Positions 1 through 11,508 of a stretch of 64,000 nucleotides of DNA are shown piece after piece; the first letter of the stretch is position 1; each line of letters opens with the position of its first letter. The position numbers and the translations under genes are program-made. The DNA is from Eledone cirrhosa. Its lineage: Eukaryota. Location of the stretch: contig OZ024741.1 in NCBI GenBank assembly GCA_964016885.1, positions 185,814,001-185,878,000 of the forward strand, written 5' to 3'. The notes below the pieces were generated by a model that had not been told where the DNA came from, ran no database searches, and saw nothing but the letters and a program-made list of their open reading frames with translations.

Positions 1-207
1 AGTCGCTGTTACAAGGTCGGCTCTGAGCATGCATTTATTATATATTGGAAGTGAACAACGGAACCATATGCCCTATTGATCAGGTTGACAATGTCTTTTT
101 GTTGCATCTTTTTCCGAAAGGTTATCGGGAGCGTCCCTCGATTGGCGAATTTGTGTTTCAAATTTATTGCTACCACCAATGTTTTTGGTTATATTATTTC
201 TCGTTTG

Positions 208-392
208 GGGCTGTGGATTGGCAGTATCGGTAGAGGGTCGGACGCCATGCTTTCCAGCATAGTTACGTCCCTTTACGATCTGAGTTCAAATCCCGCCGAG
301 GTTGACTTTGCCTTTCATCCTTACGGGGTCGATAAAATAAAGTACCAGTAATGCACTGGGTATTTGCTGGCCTTGTGCCTAAAGTAGAAACA
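208..392 (+). mobile_element. tRNA-derived SINE family A, full length with 15-bp TSD
   Basis: A-box-like TGGCAGTATCGGTAGAG, B-box GAGTTCAAATCC, body GACTTTGCCTTTCATCCTTACGGGGTCG, tail CCTTGTGCCTAAAGTAGAAACAA; flanked by ATTATTTCTCGTTTG at 193-207 and 393-407; about 17 copies in the window. Confidence 0.9.
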
Positions 393-559
393 ATTATTTC
401 TCGTTTGTGTACATTTCCACTACACCACATTGTGTCGTATTTTCTGTCCTTAATGTAGGTTTTCTAAACCCCTTTATGTCAACAAAATTCTTTACTATTA
501 TTATTATTTTTCTCTGGGTCTCATTCAGTGATGTTATTTAACTGGAAAACGGAATTCAG

Positions 560-645
560 AGATCCATAGACATAGAACTGGTTAAAAAGAGGGGCCCTTA
601 AAAAAGCTACAGAAGTAATGCTAATGGCTGCGCAAGAGCAGGCCC
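560..645 (+). mobile_element. R4/Dong-like non-LTR retrotransposon fragment
   Basis: Translates as NWLKRGALKKATEVMLMAAQEQA, resembling the post-RT WL..G.LK.ETE..I.AAQ(E/D)QAL block of R4/Dong elements. Confidence 0.6.
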
Positions 646-806
646 ACAGTCTATGAGAAGACAATAGTCCAGGGGATGTCCAAGGAAGAAATAACAACAA
701 GGCGGAAGAGCAACCTTCTGAAGGGATTTTTCAAGAAGGTAGCCCTTCCTACTTGTTGTTATTTCTCCTTGGACATCCCCTGGACTATTGTCTTCTCCCA
801 CACTGT
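646..806. repeat. Foldback (inverted repeat) element, about 160 bp
   Basis: GAGAAGACAATAGTCCAGGGGATGTCCAAGGA is matched by its reverse complement TCCTTGGACATCCCCTGGACTATTGTCTTCTC. Confidence 0.85.
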
Positions 807-896
807 ATCATCCTCTATCGTCTTTAATGTTTCCTTAATGTGAGCCCTGTGTGGCTAATAAAGAAATCATTATTATTATTATTTGAGTTCCCCAAA

Positions 897-966
897 GGGC
901 GGTGGGTTGGCAGTATCGGTAGAAGATCGGACGTCATGCTTTGCAGCATAGAGTTACGGCCCTTTA
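897..966 (+). mobile_element. SINE family A, 5' half, truncated next to the Helitron
   Basis: GGGCGGTGGGTTGGCAGTATCGGTAGAAGATCGGACG...GTTACGGCCCTTTA followed by (TA)n and the Helitron 3' end. Confidence 0.8.
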
Positions 967-977
967 TATATATATAT

Positions 978-1860
978 ACTAGCAGTGGTACCCGGCGTTG
1001 AAGGGGATAAGGTATTTTAGAGTGCAGGCCACCAACAGACCTAATCGTGGAAAAACTGCATGCCTGGACAATATGTAAAAAAAATAAACCGAATACTCTG
1101 ATGGCTGGATAATCTTTAAGATTTTCCTCGATGAAGCAGAAAAATTGCAGTTTTTCACCTAATGCGGGCCCTAGAGGATTACGAAAATGAATTTTTTTTA
1201 TGTGCATAATATGCCTTGAAATTTCTGGAAAATCGGCTAGACGTAACGCCTCAAAAAAGCCATAAAAAGCTGAAAAAATGAAGTTTTTGCCTAATGCGGG
1301 CCCTAGTCCATAAAAAAGTTGAATTTTCTCTGCTCACGGTATGAAGAAGAGAGTGACTAATACACAGTTACAATTTCAAGGAAATCAGTCTGACGTAAGC
1401 CTCAAAAACCCCATGAAAACCTGAAAAAATGCAGTTTTTCTGCTAATGCGTCCCTAGGGGATCAAAAAGTTGAATTTTATGTGCATAACACTCACTGAAA
1501 CATAAGTAATACATATGTAAAGTTTGAAAAATGTCGGTTGGGTACTCCTCGAGTTTTAGGGATTCAAACTCACAGAAACACACACACATACACACAGACA
1601 GACATACACACAAATATTATAAGGGCGCGACGTTATATATATGTATCTATCTAAAAAGAGAAAGACTAAGAATTATAGAGAGAGATCGCTAAATCGCCTA
1701 ATGCGGTCCCTAAGTGCATTGAAAATTTGCTCTGAACACTCCCTGAAACATAAGTATTACATGTGTAAAGTTTGAAAACAGTGGGTTGGGTGCTTCTCGA
1801 GATTTAGGGATTCAAACTCACACAGACAACAGACAGACATCCTCAGTTTTATATATATAT
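978..1860 (-). mobile_element. Non-autonomous Helitron
   Basis: Minus-strand 3' end CAACGCCGGGTACCACTGCTAGT; 5' end (TA)nAAAACTGAGGATGTCTGTCTG, nearly identical to the adjacent autonomous element; internal ~150-bp repeats containing CCTAATGCGGGCCCTAG. Confidence 0.75.
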
Positions 1861-4800
1861 ACTAGTATAGGCACCCGGCGTTGCCCGGGAATGAAATTGT
1901 TCCTTACATATTAGAAGAAAAGAGCAAAATATTTTGTATAGAAATGTGTTATTCAAAATACAATTTATTCTTCAATTGGGACACACGATGGAATCAATTC
2001 CGAGTTTTAAAAAATAATTGTTGTGAACGAAATAAATTTCCAATTTCATGAAAGAGGGGGGGGGTCTAAGAAAGGGTTGTGTGTGTGTTCACTTTTAACC
2101 AAAGGAAGCAAATGTTGTTAGGAAAAATAAGTAAAGGTAAACAGGGCTTGTTAAGAAGAGCGATAACGTACCTGTCTGTCCATTGTAGCGCTTATAACAC
2201 TGTTTTAGCAGATGCTGGTCGATATGAATTTACCATTGCTGTAGCCATCAAACAATTTTAAGTAGGGCCTCTTAAATAGGGTTGTGTGTGCGTTCTCTGA
2301 CAGCCCTAAAAATGAGAGCTCACCATCAACAATTTCGGCCCTAAAAACGGCCGTTTGACCGTTCACTTGCAGTCCTTGAAAGGACTTTGACTGCGTTCTC
2401 CAACGGCCGCAAAAGGTACTTCAGTTGCGTTCATTGGCAGCCATTAGAATGACTCTGTATGCGTTCACGATTTGTTCAGCCGCCTTAAATTGCCGCGCCG
2501 ATTGTCAAGCTGGGTTCCTCTCTGAAGGCGATCACCTTTAACCGAGGGAAACATACGTTTTAGTTAAGAGACTGTTTAACAGCTCATCAGGCTGGCTAAA
2601 GAAATGATGATTACGGACCTATCTCCTCACTGTTGCATTTACAACACCTCGTTGTAAACGATGTTTCTTGTTTTTCCTCGGCGTGCAAATGCAAAAAGAC
2701 TTTCCCTGCTGCCCACTCTAGAGCACCCAACGTACAATTGTCCGTGGGAGAAACACGGTTCTTCCAGAAGAAGTCCGGCCACAGAAAGAGTCTGGCCCTG
2801 GAACTTGATGGACATAGCAAAACTGACCCGAAGTGGAAATTGGAGTCTTCGGAAGGTGAACGGAATTTCTGCTCCCGAGGGATTGAGAGGAATTCTCGGA
2901 ATGAAGACATCATCACCTTTTCCGCATCCAGAAAGGATTGTTGTCTCGATCACATGTGCCATCAATTTTTTTACAGCCAGCCGTGTCCCGTTGCACAGTC
3001 TTCGTGGTTCCAAATTCCGCAGCAGCATTACAGGGGTGACAACTATATGGAGAAGCATGTGAAGCGGTAGTCCTGGGGGCTCCAAAGAATTGAGGAACTC
3101 CGGCGGAAAGTTCACCTCTTCATTGGGATCTGGCATCGTGTCAACAGATTTGTAAGTGTGAAGAACACCAGGAAGGAAGTGCAGTAGTTGGTCGTTGGTT
3201 TTGTTAACAGCAACGTTTTTGGAGCTAGCACTGCTCTTTCACACAACCATGCGTGGTTCTGGTAATTGTCTCTCAAATCTGGAAACACTTTGTCTTTCAG
3301 CTCCCCCGCAGAATTAACTGAGGTCGAAAATGGCCACACTTCCAACTCCCCTGCAGCATCCACAGGTATTTTGCCGTCGCCAAGTTTCAAAATGTCCTGT
3401 GCAAATTCTGCGGACGTTTGGTCGCCGTGTTATTGAACACTCATGTTGGTTGTAAGAATCAGTGTCCTGACATGGCACCACAGAGGAGAGGACTTTAGGC
3501 ATGCTTGGACCTCATCTGCTCTTGTGCCTTTGGGAATGACGGGAAGAGTCTGCCTGAAGTCACCCGAAAGCAGAAGTGTAACACCTCCCATGGGAGCCTG
3601 GCAGCCTCTGATGTCCTTTAGAGCTCTGTTTAATGCGTCCAGAGCTCCCTTATGGGCCATGGTGCACTCATCCCACACAATGAGCTGACATCGTTTTAGG
3701 ACTTGGCCCTAGTCGGAGGTCTTGCTGATGCTGCAAGTAGGCGTTTCTGACGTTGTTAAATTGAGAGGCAATTTAAAACTGGAGTGTGCGGTCCTGCCAC
3801 CGAGCAACAAAGTGGCAGCAATTCCAGAAGAGGCAACAGCAACCGCAATGTCCTTGTACATCCTGCCTTTGGCAAGGAGGAGTCTTTTTAAAAATGTTTT
3901 GCTCGTCCCTGCAGGAGCATCCAGAAAGAACATACCTCCTTTTCTGTGGCGCACATGGTCGGCATCAATGGTGTAAGCAGGACGTTGGTCTGGAAGAAGT
4001 TGTGGTTCAGTTTCAAGGACGTACTTGGTAAGAGCATCGACGTCGTAGGACGTTTCTCGGAGAAGAGCTGTAGGAAGTTGTAGGAAGTACGTTTGACCCT
4101 GTACGGATTGTTTGGGGCAGACGATATGAGGGCAAATAATTTCCGCCGAGTGATGCAACTCTATCCTCTATGTCAATCAACGCTAGATTGAAGACCTCGT
4201 CGCTGGTACCTTCCATCTCAGGGTATGGCACTTGCGCCTGACGTTTGTAGTCCTCGGATAAGTCATCTTTATACTTGAGCCATAAAGAGATAGGATTATT
4301 CGCAAGTTTGCAGCAGTACTGCAAATAGAGATCGTAGGCGCATAGGCGATTTAGATGCAATAGCTTCGAATAAAGTGGCATCCCACTGCGCACCGTCTTC
4401 TAGCAGGCAGCACTTGAAGCAAGCTTCCCTGTAAGTGCTGCACACAGAACCGTCGGCAGTTCTAAGGTCATGAAAAGACTGGGGTCCTCTAACCTCATGT
4501 AACAGAAGACAGAGATAGAAGCACTCATGCTGGTTCGGGTGCACTGTATATACTCTCCCTAGGCAACTGTCACACTTTATGCCAGGATGTCCATCAACAG
4601 GTTGACCTACCTTTCTGCGAACCCATTGTTTTTTTATTCCACGTGTAATAGGACGACACATGAGGATACAGCAGGGTTTGAGCAAATGAATCAGCCTGAC
4701 AAAGTTTGAAGAATGCAGTGAGGGTGGTTTCCCGTTGTTGCTCCATCATTTGAGCGGCATTAACGTCAGTGAAGTACACCCTTTGACCGTTCTCCAGGTG

Positions 4801-7800
4801 GACTGCGAGCTGTTCAATTGCAGGGTGCTTTGGTGTATAGGGAAGCAGAAAATACGCCAGAAAGCCTCGTTGCTGCTGATGTAACGGCCAACTTGGTATT
4901 GCGTGACCTCATCACGGCTGTTGTCCTGTTGAAGACCGAACATAGCAGCGTCTGAATCCTTATTCACATATTTACATATGTACTTGATTGACTTGACTGA
5001 ATTACAGAACTCGACATTGATGTGAGCACCGAAGGTCTTGGAAAGAAATGGGCAGTATCGCACTATCCATCTGTTGTCGACCTCGTGCTGTCCAACTGTT
5101 GCTGTAAAACCACCGTCTCCGGGTTGGCGTCGCCTGTATAGTGGGTATCCGTAAATACCAGTCTGGGTTTCTTGGAGGAACTTTCGGGGAAATCTTTTGC
5201 TGCAGACATTGTCGTTTAAGCAAGGTGAGCTTAAATTGAAGCCCCGCCCACATGGACCATGGACCATGTTTATCTTCACTATGTCATAGAGGTCTTTGTC
5301 TATAGACGGATCGGGAAAGTCTGCGGAGATGATGTTGTCAATGTCATTTGAAGATATTTTTGTTGACAGCCAAATGAGGATGTGGGCGTGCGGTAGGCCC
5401 CTCTTCTGCCACTCTACGGTGTACATGTCGCACTTTACTGGGCCAAAGACTTGGCCCCTCTTGATGAGCTCCATGAGATTGATAAGCTTCAGCCGAAAGA
5501 CTCGGGCCAAGAGGTCATGCCTGTCTTTGGCCTGTTGCTCTTGGAACAGTTCTGCGTCGAACTCCTTCCACTTTGGGTTGCAAGTGAATGTGATGAACTG
5601 ATAGGGCCTTCCGTATGCCGTACGTAGGTCATAGCATCCTGCGTTCTCTCGTGCATGTAGCGCGGACTTCCGGTGAAGGTGGAGGGGAGAATGCAGACTT
5701 TTCCTACGCTGCTGGGAGATGTGTCATGGTTGAAGGCATCTCGGAGATGGATGTAGCTCTCGGACCGCAGTTGCTTTTGGTGTGACCGTATCAAACACAG
5801 TCTCTCCGATTCCATTTTTGCGCACATATCAACGGCAAATTGCTGAAGTAGGTCTCTTGACTGGTGCAGGTGATTGAAGGAATCGTGGCGAACCATGAAG
5901 CGGTAGGAGTAGAAATCAATGCATGAAACTGTTTTTTTGACGGAGTGTTGAGTGTTTACTGGATAATGCTGGTGAATTCCGTACTAATAGCCGTCCTCAC
6001 CATTTACATTGAGAAGTGGGTACTGGAGCGCATCGTAAGACGTATGTGTTTCGCTGATTCGCTGAAGAGTGCTATCTCGACGCTTGAGGACAATGTCTCG
6101 TGGATTATGCTGACCCCCATGCATAAGTACAGCGATTTCATTGCATGCAGGATAATTATACCGACTCGGATGCTCCCCAGATGGCATTTTAGAGAAATCA
6201 ATTACCACATTAAAATTGGCTGTGGTATCTGCTTCCAAGGCATACTTGAAGCTAATGACATAGCTGTTTTTTGTGTGCAGAATGTCTTGCAATTTCCTTA
6301 TAAGCTCGACATTGGTACCGGGTGAAATGGAGTTCCTCATGGCTGCCCGCGCGTTGACATTCCCAACAAAGTACAGCTGAAGAAATTGAGGTTCTTGATT
6401 GGCGGCGGGTTGGATGGATCCGATTCTATGGTACACCTGACCTTGCACCTTAAATGTGGGCAGAAATCCGCCTTCCTTGACAATGTTCGCCACGAAAGAT
6501 GTCATTTGGAATGCACAGTTATACCTCCGGATGTAAGTCAGGAAATGCCGTACTCCGCAGTACTGCCTGAATATAAGAGCTTCAACGGTTGTGGTGGATC
6601 CTCCAGGGGACGTAATTTTACTTTTCCATTTGCGCAACACAAGTCATGTATTTCTCTGGGCCACTTTTTTGCATTGCAAAAAGAGCACGTCTTTGACATA
6701 CTCCCAATTCGCATGTCTGGATGGCCACTGTAATCAAAGTCAGGGTTGTACTCGAATGCTTTTAAGGACCACCGTGAGCTACACGGCCTTGAAATACCCT
6801 GTCCAAAGGCCCTTCGTTGAGCATTACATTGTAGTCGAATGTCTCGTTCTTGCGAGGTCTGTGTAGCTTGCACAGCAGCAGTATTCACGGAATCCATACT
6901 CCGACGTCTTTTACGCTGGTCGTACGTCTCGGCAGCTCGCGCAGCAGTATTCGCAGCATCCGTACTCCGACGTCTTTTACGCTGGTCGTCCGTCTCGGCT
7001 GCTCGTGCAACAGAAGTTGATGCGGCATTAGCGGTTCGGCGAATGGTTCGTTGATTGTCTGTTTCAAGTGCTCTTCTGGTGGCAGCACGTTTAACATCTT
7101 GCGACCGTCGAATAGCAGATTCCACTGACGATTCGTTTGCCCGCCCTGTTCGTATTGTTGCTGCTTTCGTAGTTTTTCGGCCAATGGAGTATCTCTTCCT
7201 TCGAGGCATGACCTAAAAGCAGTACGAAGTACACTGAAACTCACTGGTAGAGTAAGGAGTAAACTCGTCAGTGAATTAAAAACCGATGCATATGATTTCC
7301 GAACGGGGTATGGATGGGGAGAGGGGTAACAGTAAGAGCAGCGGTTGGAATGAGTGTAAGTTAGTGAATATGTTGTCAGTGACAAAAATGGCGTAAATGA
7401 AACTCCACACGCAAGTACACACACACATTAAAGCAGGTACACGCAGAAACGCACGCACACTCACACATGTTAATAGATTTAACTCATAATGGAACCTTGC
7501 GCGAATACACACACGCACACACACACACACACACGTGCGCGCACGCACACACACACTCACGCACGCACACAGACACGCGCCCTCGCACACACACATACAC
7601 ACGTGTTAATTACTTATAGCTTCCCTTCCCCTCTTCCAGCGTCTCTCTCTCTCCCGCTATCCCCCTCTTTTAGTCTGTCTGTTTCTTTCACTCTCACTCT
7701 TTCTCTTTATAACTCACTCACATTAATACTAAAGGGTTAAGGTATTGTTCTCAAAATAAATAATATTAAATCTATGAGATTTTTATATTATGTGAGATAA

Positions 7801-8403
7801 AGCCTTTACCATGAAAATAATATAGTATATATAGAGTAATGTAAATGCTAAAGGGTTAATTCCATCAGACCATGTGAGAGAGTTTATAATCACTCACGCA
7901 CACATACACACTCACGCATGCAAACGCACACAAACTCACACACACGCGCGCGCACATACACACGCAATCGTTATTCCACTGTCATGTATCTTTGACGCAT
8001 ACAACTCTCAAAAGACGGCGTCTGTCACTCTCTCTCTCTCTCCCTCCCGCTATCCCCCTCTTTTAGTCTGTCTGTTTCTTTCATTCTCACTCTTTCTCTC
8101 TGTAACTCCTTCACATTTCTCCCCTCTATCGAAAAACGCTGTGACGAATGGGGAGAAGGAGGAGGAGGAGTAGAGAGCCACTTCTTCACTTCGTCTCTCC
8201 GTTTCTTTCTCTCCCCTCTCACTCTCTCATTATGTACAGACATTGGCCACTTCACTAATTCGATCCCTAGGTCAGAATATTTTGAAATTTTTTTGGCTCG
8301 AAACACTTCCGGGGTCATACGGATTACATGTGTAAAGTTTGAAAAATAACGGTTGGGTACTTCTCGAGTTTTAAGGGAAACAGACACACAGACAGACATC
8401 CTC

Positions 8404-8441
<38 letters not shown>
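1861..8441 (-). mobile_element. Autonomous-type Helitron, decayed
   Basis: 3' GC hairpin CCCGGGCAACGCCGGG followed by CTAGT at 1861-1889; 5' end (TA)nAAAACAGAGGATGTCTGTCTG near 8390-8441; encloses RepHel fragments. Confidence 0.88.
2639..7209 (-). pseudogene. Helitron RepHel (HUH Rep + PIF1-family helicase), multiply frameshifted
   Basis: Collinear ORF pieces: N-terminal 20-aa repeats and CxxC..CC.NGKV zinc motif (6538-7209); LPSTFTGSPRYM; Rep motifs VEWQKRGLPHAHIL and KYICKYVNK (4746-5510); helicase DAPAGTSKTF, GGRTAHS, WDEC, GDFRQTLPV, FSHGQLYVGCSRV (2639-4158). Confidence 0.95.
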
Positions 8442-8442
<1 letters not shown>

Positions 8443-8445
<3 letters not shown>

Positions 8446-8868
8446 ACTAGAAATTGATTGACACATAAATATACATATGAAACAATCACAAGAGATAATT
8501 TGTAAAAGTGTGTAAGCACACATAGCAAGGTAGGTAACTAAATAATGTTTAACTAGAACTTTAAAAATAGATACGTTATAAAATGATTAATCTTCCTTGT
8601 ATATATTCCATTAAAGAAATGTATTTCACCAAATTAATCGATTGGTAAACGACAGTAGTCAGATCTTGGATTCTCAACAAGGAAGAAGTCCAACCATCTG
8701 TGTTTACGCATTAAGTTCAAATCAGCGACTGGCCAGTAGCATCTGCTGTATCTACTAAAAATACACACATCATACCAGCTTCGTCCCAGTGGCGTGAATA
8801 GGGTTATTGACAACTAGAAACAGCAGTCAGGTCCTTTCAACAGAGTTAGCTCTACAATTAGGGAGCCG

Positions 8869-8907
<39 letters not shown>

Positions 8908-9230
8908 AAAATTAAGATAAATTAAAATAAAATTAATCTAAATCAAATTATGGGTCATGCCACAAAGACATGCGCCATATCACCCGTAAAATAAGCTCCA
9001 AGATTCTAATGAATAGGTCCGAGCATTTTATATCAACAAGAAATTGATTGACACATAAATATACATATGAAACAATCACAGGGGATAATTTGTAAAAGTG
9101 TGTAAGCACACATAGCTAGGTAGGTAACTAAATAAAGTTTAACTAGAACTTCAAAAATAAATACCTTATAAAATGACACCCATAATTTGATTTAGATTAA
9201 TTTTATTTTAATTTATCTTAATTTTGTATA
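8443..9230. repeat. Composite direct plus inverted duplication bounded by (TA)n
   Basis: 8443-8585 is repeated at 9033-9175; 8907-8955 is the reverse complement of about 9180-9228. Confidence 0.75.
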
Positions 9231-9264
9231 TATATATATATATATAACGGAGGAAATGTGGTAA

Positions 9265-9460
9265 GGAACCAGATGGACCATAACGCACCAAACTACTCAA
9301 TATTTAGGGCAGTAGAGTGGGTAATAGGAACGAGTAGGACCCCGAAGGCTGAGCTCAAGCCGTTTCGACGGCTAATTCTGGACTAAAATACTCGTTCCTA
9401 TTACCCACTCTACTGCCCTAAATATTGAGTACTTTAGTGCGTTATGGTCCATCTGGTTCC
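9265..9460. repeat. Foldback element in (TA)n, homologous to 55152-55331
   Basis: ~72-bp inverted arms (GGAACCAGATGGACCATAACGCAC.../...GTGCGTTATGGTCCATCTGGTTCC); shares CCTATTACCCACTCTACT and GGCTGAGCTC with the 55 kb copy. Confidence 0.85.
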
Positions 9461-9594
9461 ATATATATTTATATATATTTAGTCTATCAGTCTATCTACA
9501 TAAATATCTATACATGTACATCTATATAGTTACATATCTGTTTATTATTATACATGTCTATATATATATCTGTCTATCTATCCATCCATCAATT

Positions 9595-9625
<31 letters not shown>

Positions 9626-9838
9626 CTATTTTCGGAGACCATAGACGTGTTTTATGCTTCGCTCCTGAAGTTGGTTGGATATTAGTTACGAACAACTGTA
9701 AGTTTTTTTTATTAATTTGTCATTTGTTTAGTTTAACCCCCTCGTCTGGGTTTGCGGACGGTTGGTTAACAAATTTTCGCCGTTTCTTAGGGGCTAAATT
9801 TATAATTTATTATTTTGCAAAGTCGTTTGACTACAGTA

Positions 9839-11469
9839 ATGGACGCCATTACTACGTCGCATACGAACGAAAATGCCACGCCCACCAAGGAAAGTGATAG
9901 AGAGAAGGTAGGAGCACAACGCTCTAAGCCTTCCCTCCCCACTCTCTCAAAAGATATTATGGAAACGAATTTACCTAAAAAATTTGTGAAAATGTGCAAA
10001 CCCAAACAGTTACAATAACAGAAACAAGAACAACAATGACAACGACACCACAACCAACAACAACAATAACGACAACACCAACAAAGAAAAAAATGAAGAC
10101 AACTGGAACAACAACAACAACAACAATGATAACAAAACCAAAGTAAACGGATCCACAATCGGAGTCTCTTTTGCAGAGACGGAAACTTACACATTATTGG
10201 ACATATCAAATGCAAAAATCTTGCTAAAGGAAGCAAAAAAGTATGTAGCTCTTGGGAAAGGTGGTGAATTTTCAATTACCTCCCCCCAAGAAATTTGAAG
10301 GGATACATTATTAAGGACTATAACCTTCAGGACAATTTCGAACACTACTAGGAAACCGGCTCAATTATCGCAAACCGAAATTGAGCTGGTCCTAAGAAAT
10401 GCGATGGAAGATATTTCTTTCATTCAGAAAGGAAGACTATACGGAAGTCTGTCGATTTTAATGAAAGACCAATTGACGGCACAGAAATATTCTGTGTCGC
10501 CAATTGTGTCCAAGCAATAGACCTTTTACCCCCACATACTTGGGGAAACGCACACAAAAAGTAAGAATCTCGAGCATCCGGCCAAATGTGAACATTTGGT
10601 GGGTACTCACTGGATTCCTAGAAGAAGAATCTATTCTTTCGGTAGGCAAATCCACCAGGTGCGTATTCGGCGGTAATAGCGTTGAAGTTCTGGTCCAAAT
10701 GAGACCAGAACGGATAGCTAAAATACCACAGCGTGTGTTCCTAGATGGAGTTCCCTTCATAAACATTTCTGTTGAGGGCAGCCGGCCTTCGTGCTACCAC
10801 TGTTCAAGCAGTGGTCACCTGAGGGCGTCCTGTCCTCAGTTGAGTGCCCTGAAAAAAGGTGCACTATTGCCCACACCTAGAACAGTAGCACAACCACGAA
10901 AAAATAACAACACACTACANNNNNNNNNNNNNNNNNNNNNNNNNNNNNNNNNNNNNNNNNNNNNNNNNNNNNNNNNNNNNNNNNNNNNNNNNNNNNNNNN
11001 NNNNNNNNNNNNNNNNNNNNNNNNNNNNNNNNNNNNNNNNNNNNNNNNNNNNNNNNNNNNNNNNNNNNNNNNNNNNNNNNNNNNNNNNNNNNNNNNNNNN
11101 NNNNNNNNNNNNNNNNNNNTAAACTCAAACAATAAAACACTAATAAAGGCAATTGTCAAAAAGCCTTCGGTGGAAACCGAAGGGAAACAATTCACAAAAG
11201 GTTCAAATAGACAAAACATAATGATGATCAGGGTCACTACGGACACTTACAAATCGCTAAAAGAAAACTTTAAGGAGGATGTAGGGAACTCCTGTATTAA
11301 AGCTATGGACCTTATCCTCTTTAAATGTTTCACGACCCCCACCGCAGACATCCACACCCCATCACACAACGACGTCCCAACCTCGCCAGAAACCATCACC
11401 CTACCAAACAACCGCTCCAACACCCCCATAGAAATTATGCAGCCTGGTCTCCAGGAGACGAACAGGTAG
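9839..11469 (+). pseudogene. Tx1-type ORF1 (gag-like, zinc knuckle), disrupted
   Basis: CYHCSSSGHLRASC (CX2CX4HX4C); (CAA)n low-complexity region with stops; interrupted by the N gap. Confidence 0.75.
10920..11119. other. Assembly gap (200 N)
   Basis: Run of n. Confidence 0.99.
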
Positions 11470-11508
11470 GTGTTTTCTTTTCTATACTTTTAACTCTTCA
11501 CCACCAAC

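Noticed and set aside
208-300. tRNA gene suggested by A and B boxes
   Set aside because: No cloverleaf; it is the head of a SINE with body, tail and TSD
76-351. Recurring peptide GRGSDAMLSSIVTSLYDLSSNPAEVDFAFHPYGVD (also at 52740-53048)
   Set aside because: Read-through of the non-coding SINE A sequence
2633-7054. Plus-strand ORFs over the Helitron
   Set aside because: Antisense shadows of RepHel with no recognisable motifs
10504-11469. 321-aa ORF as an intact gene
   Set aside because: Its length depends on the 200-N gap; it is a fragment of Tx1 ORF1
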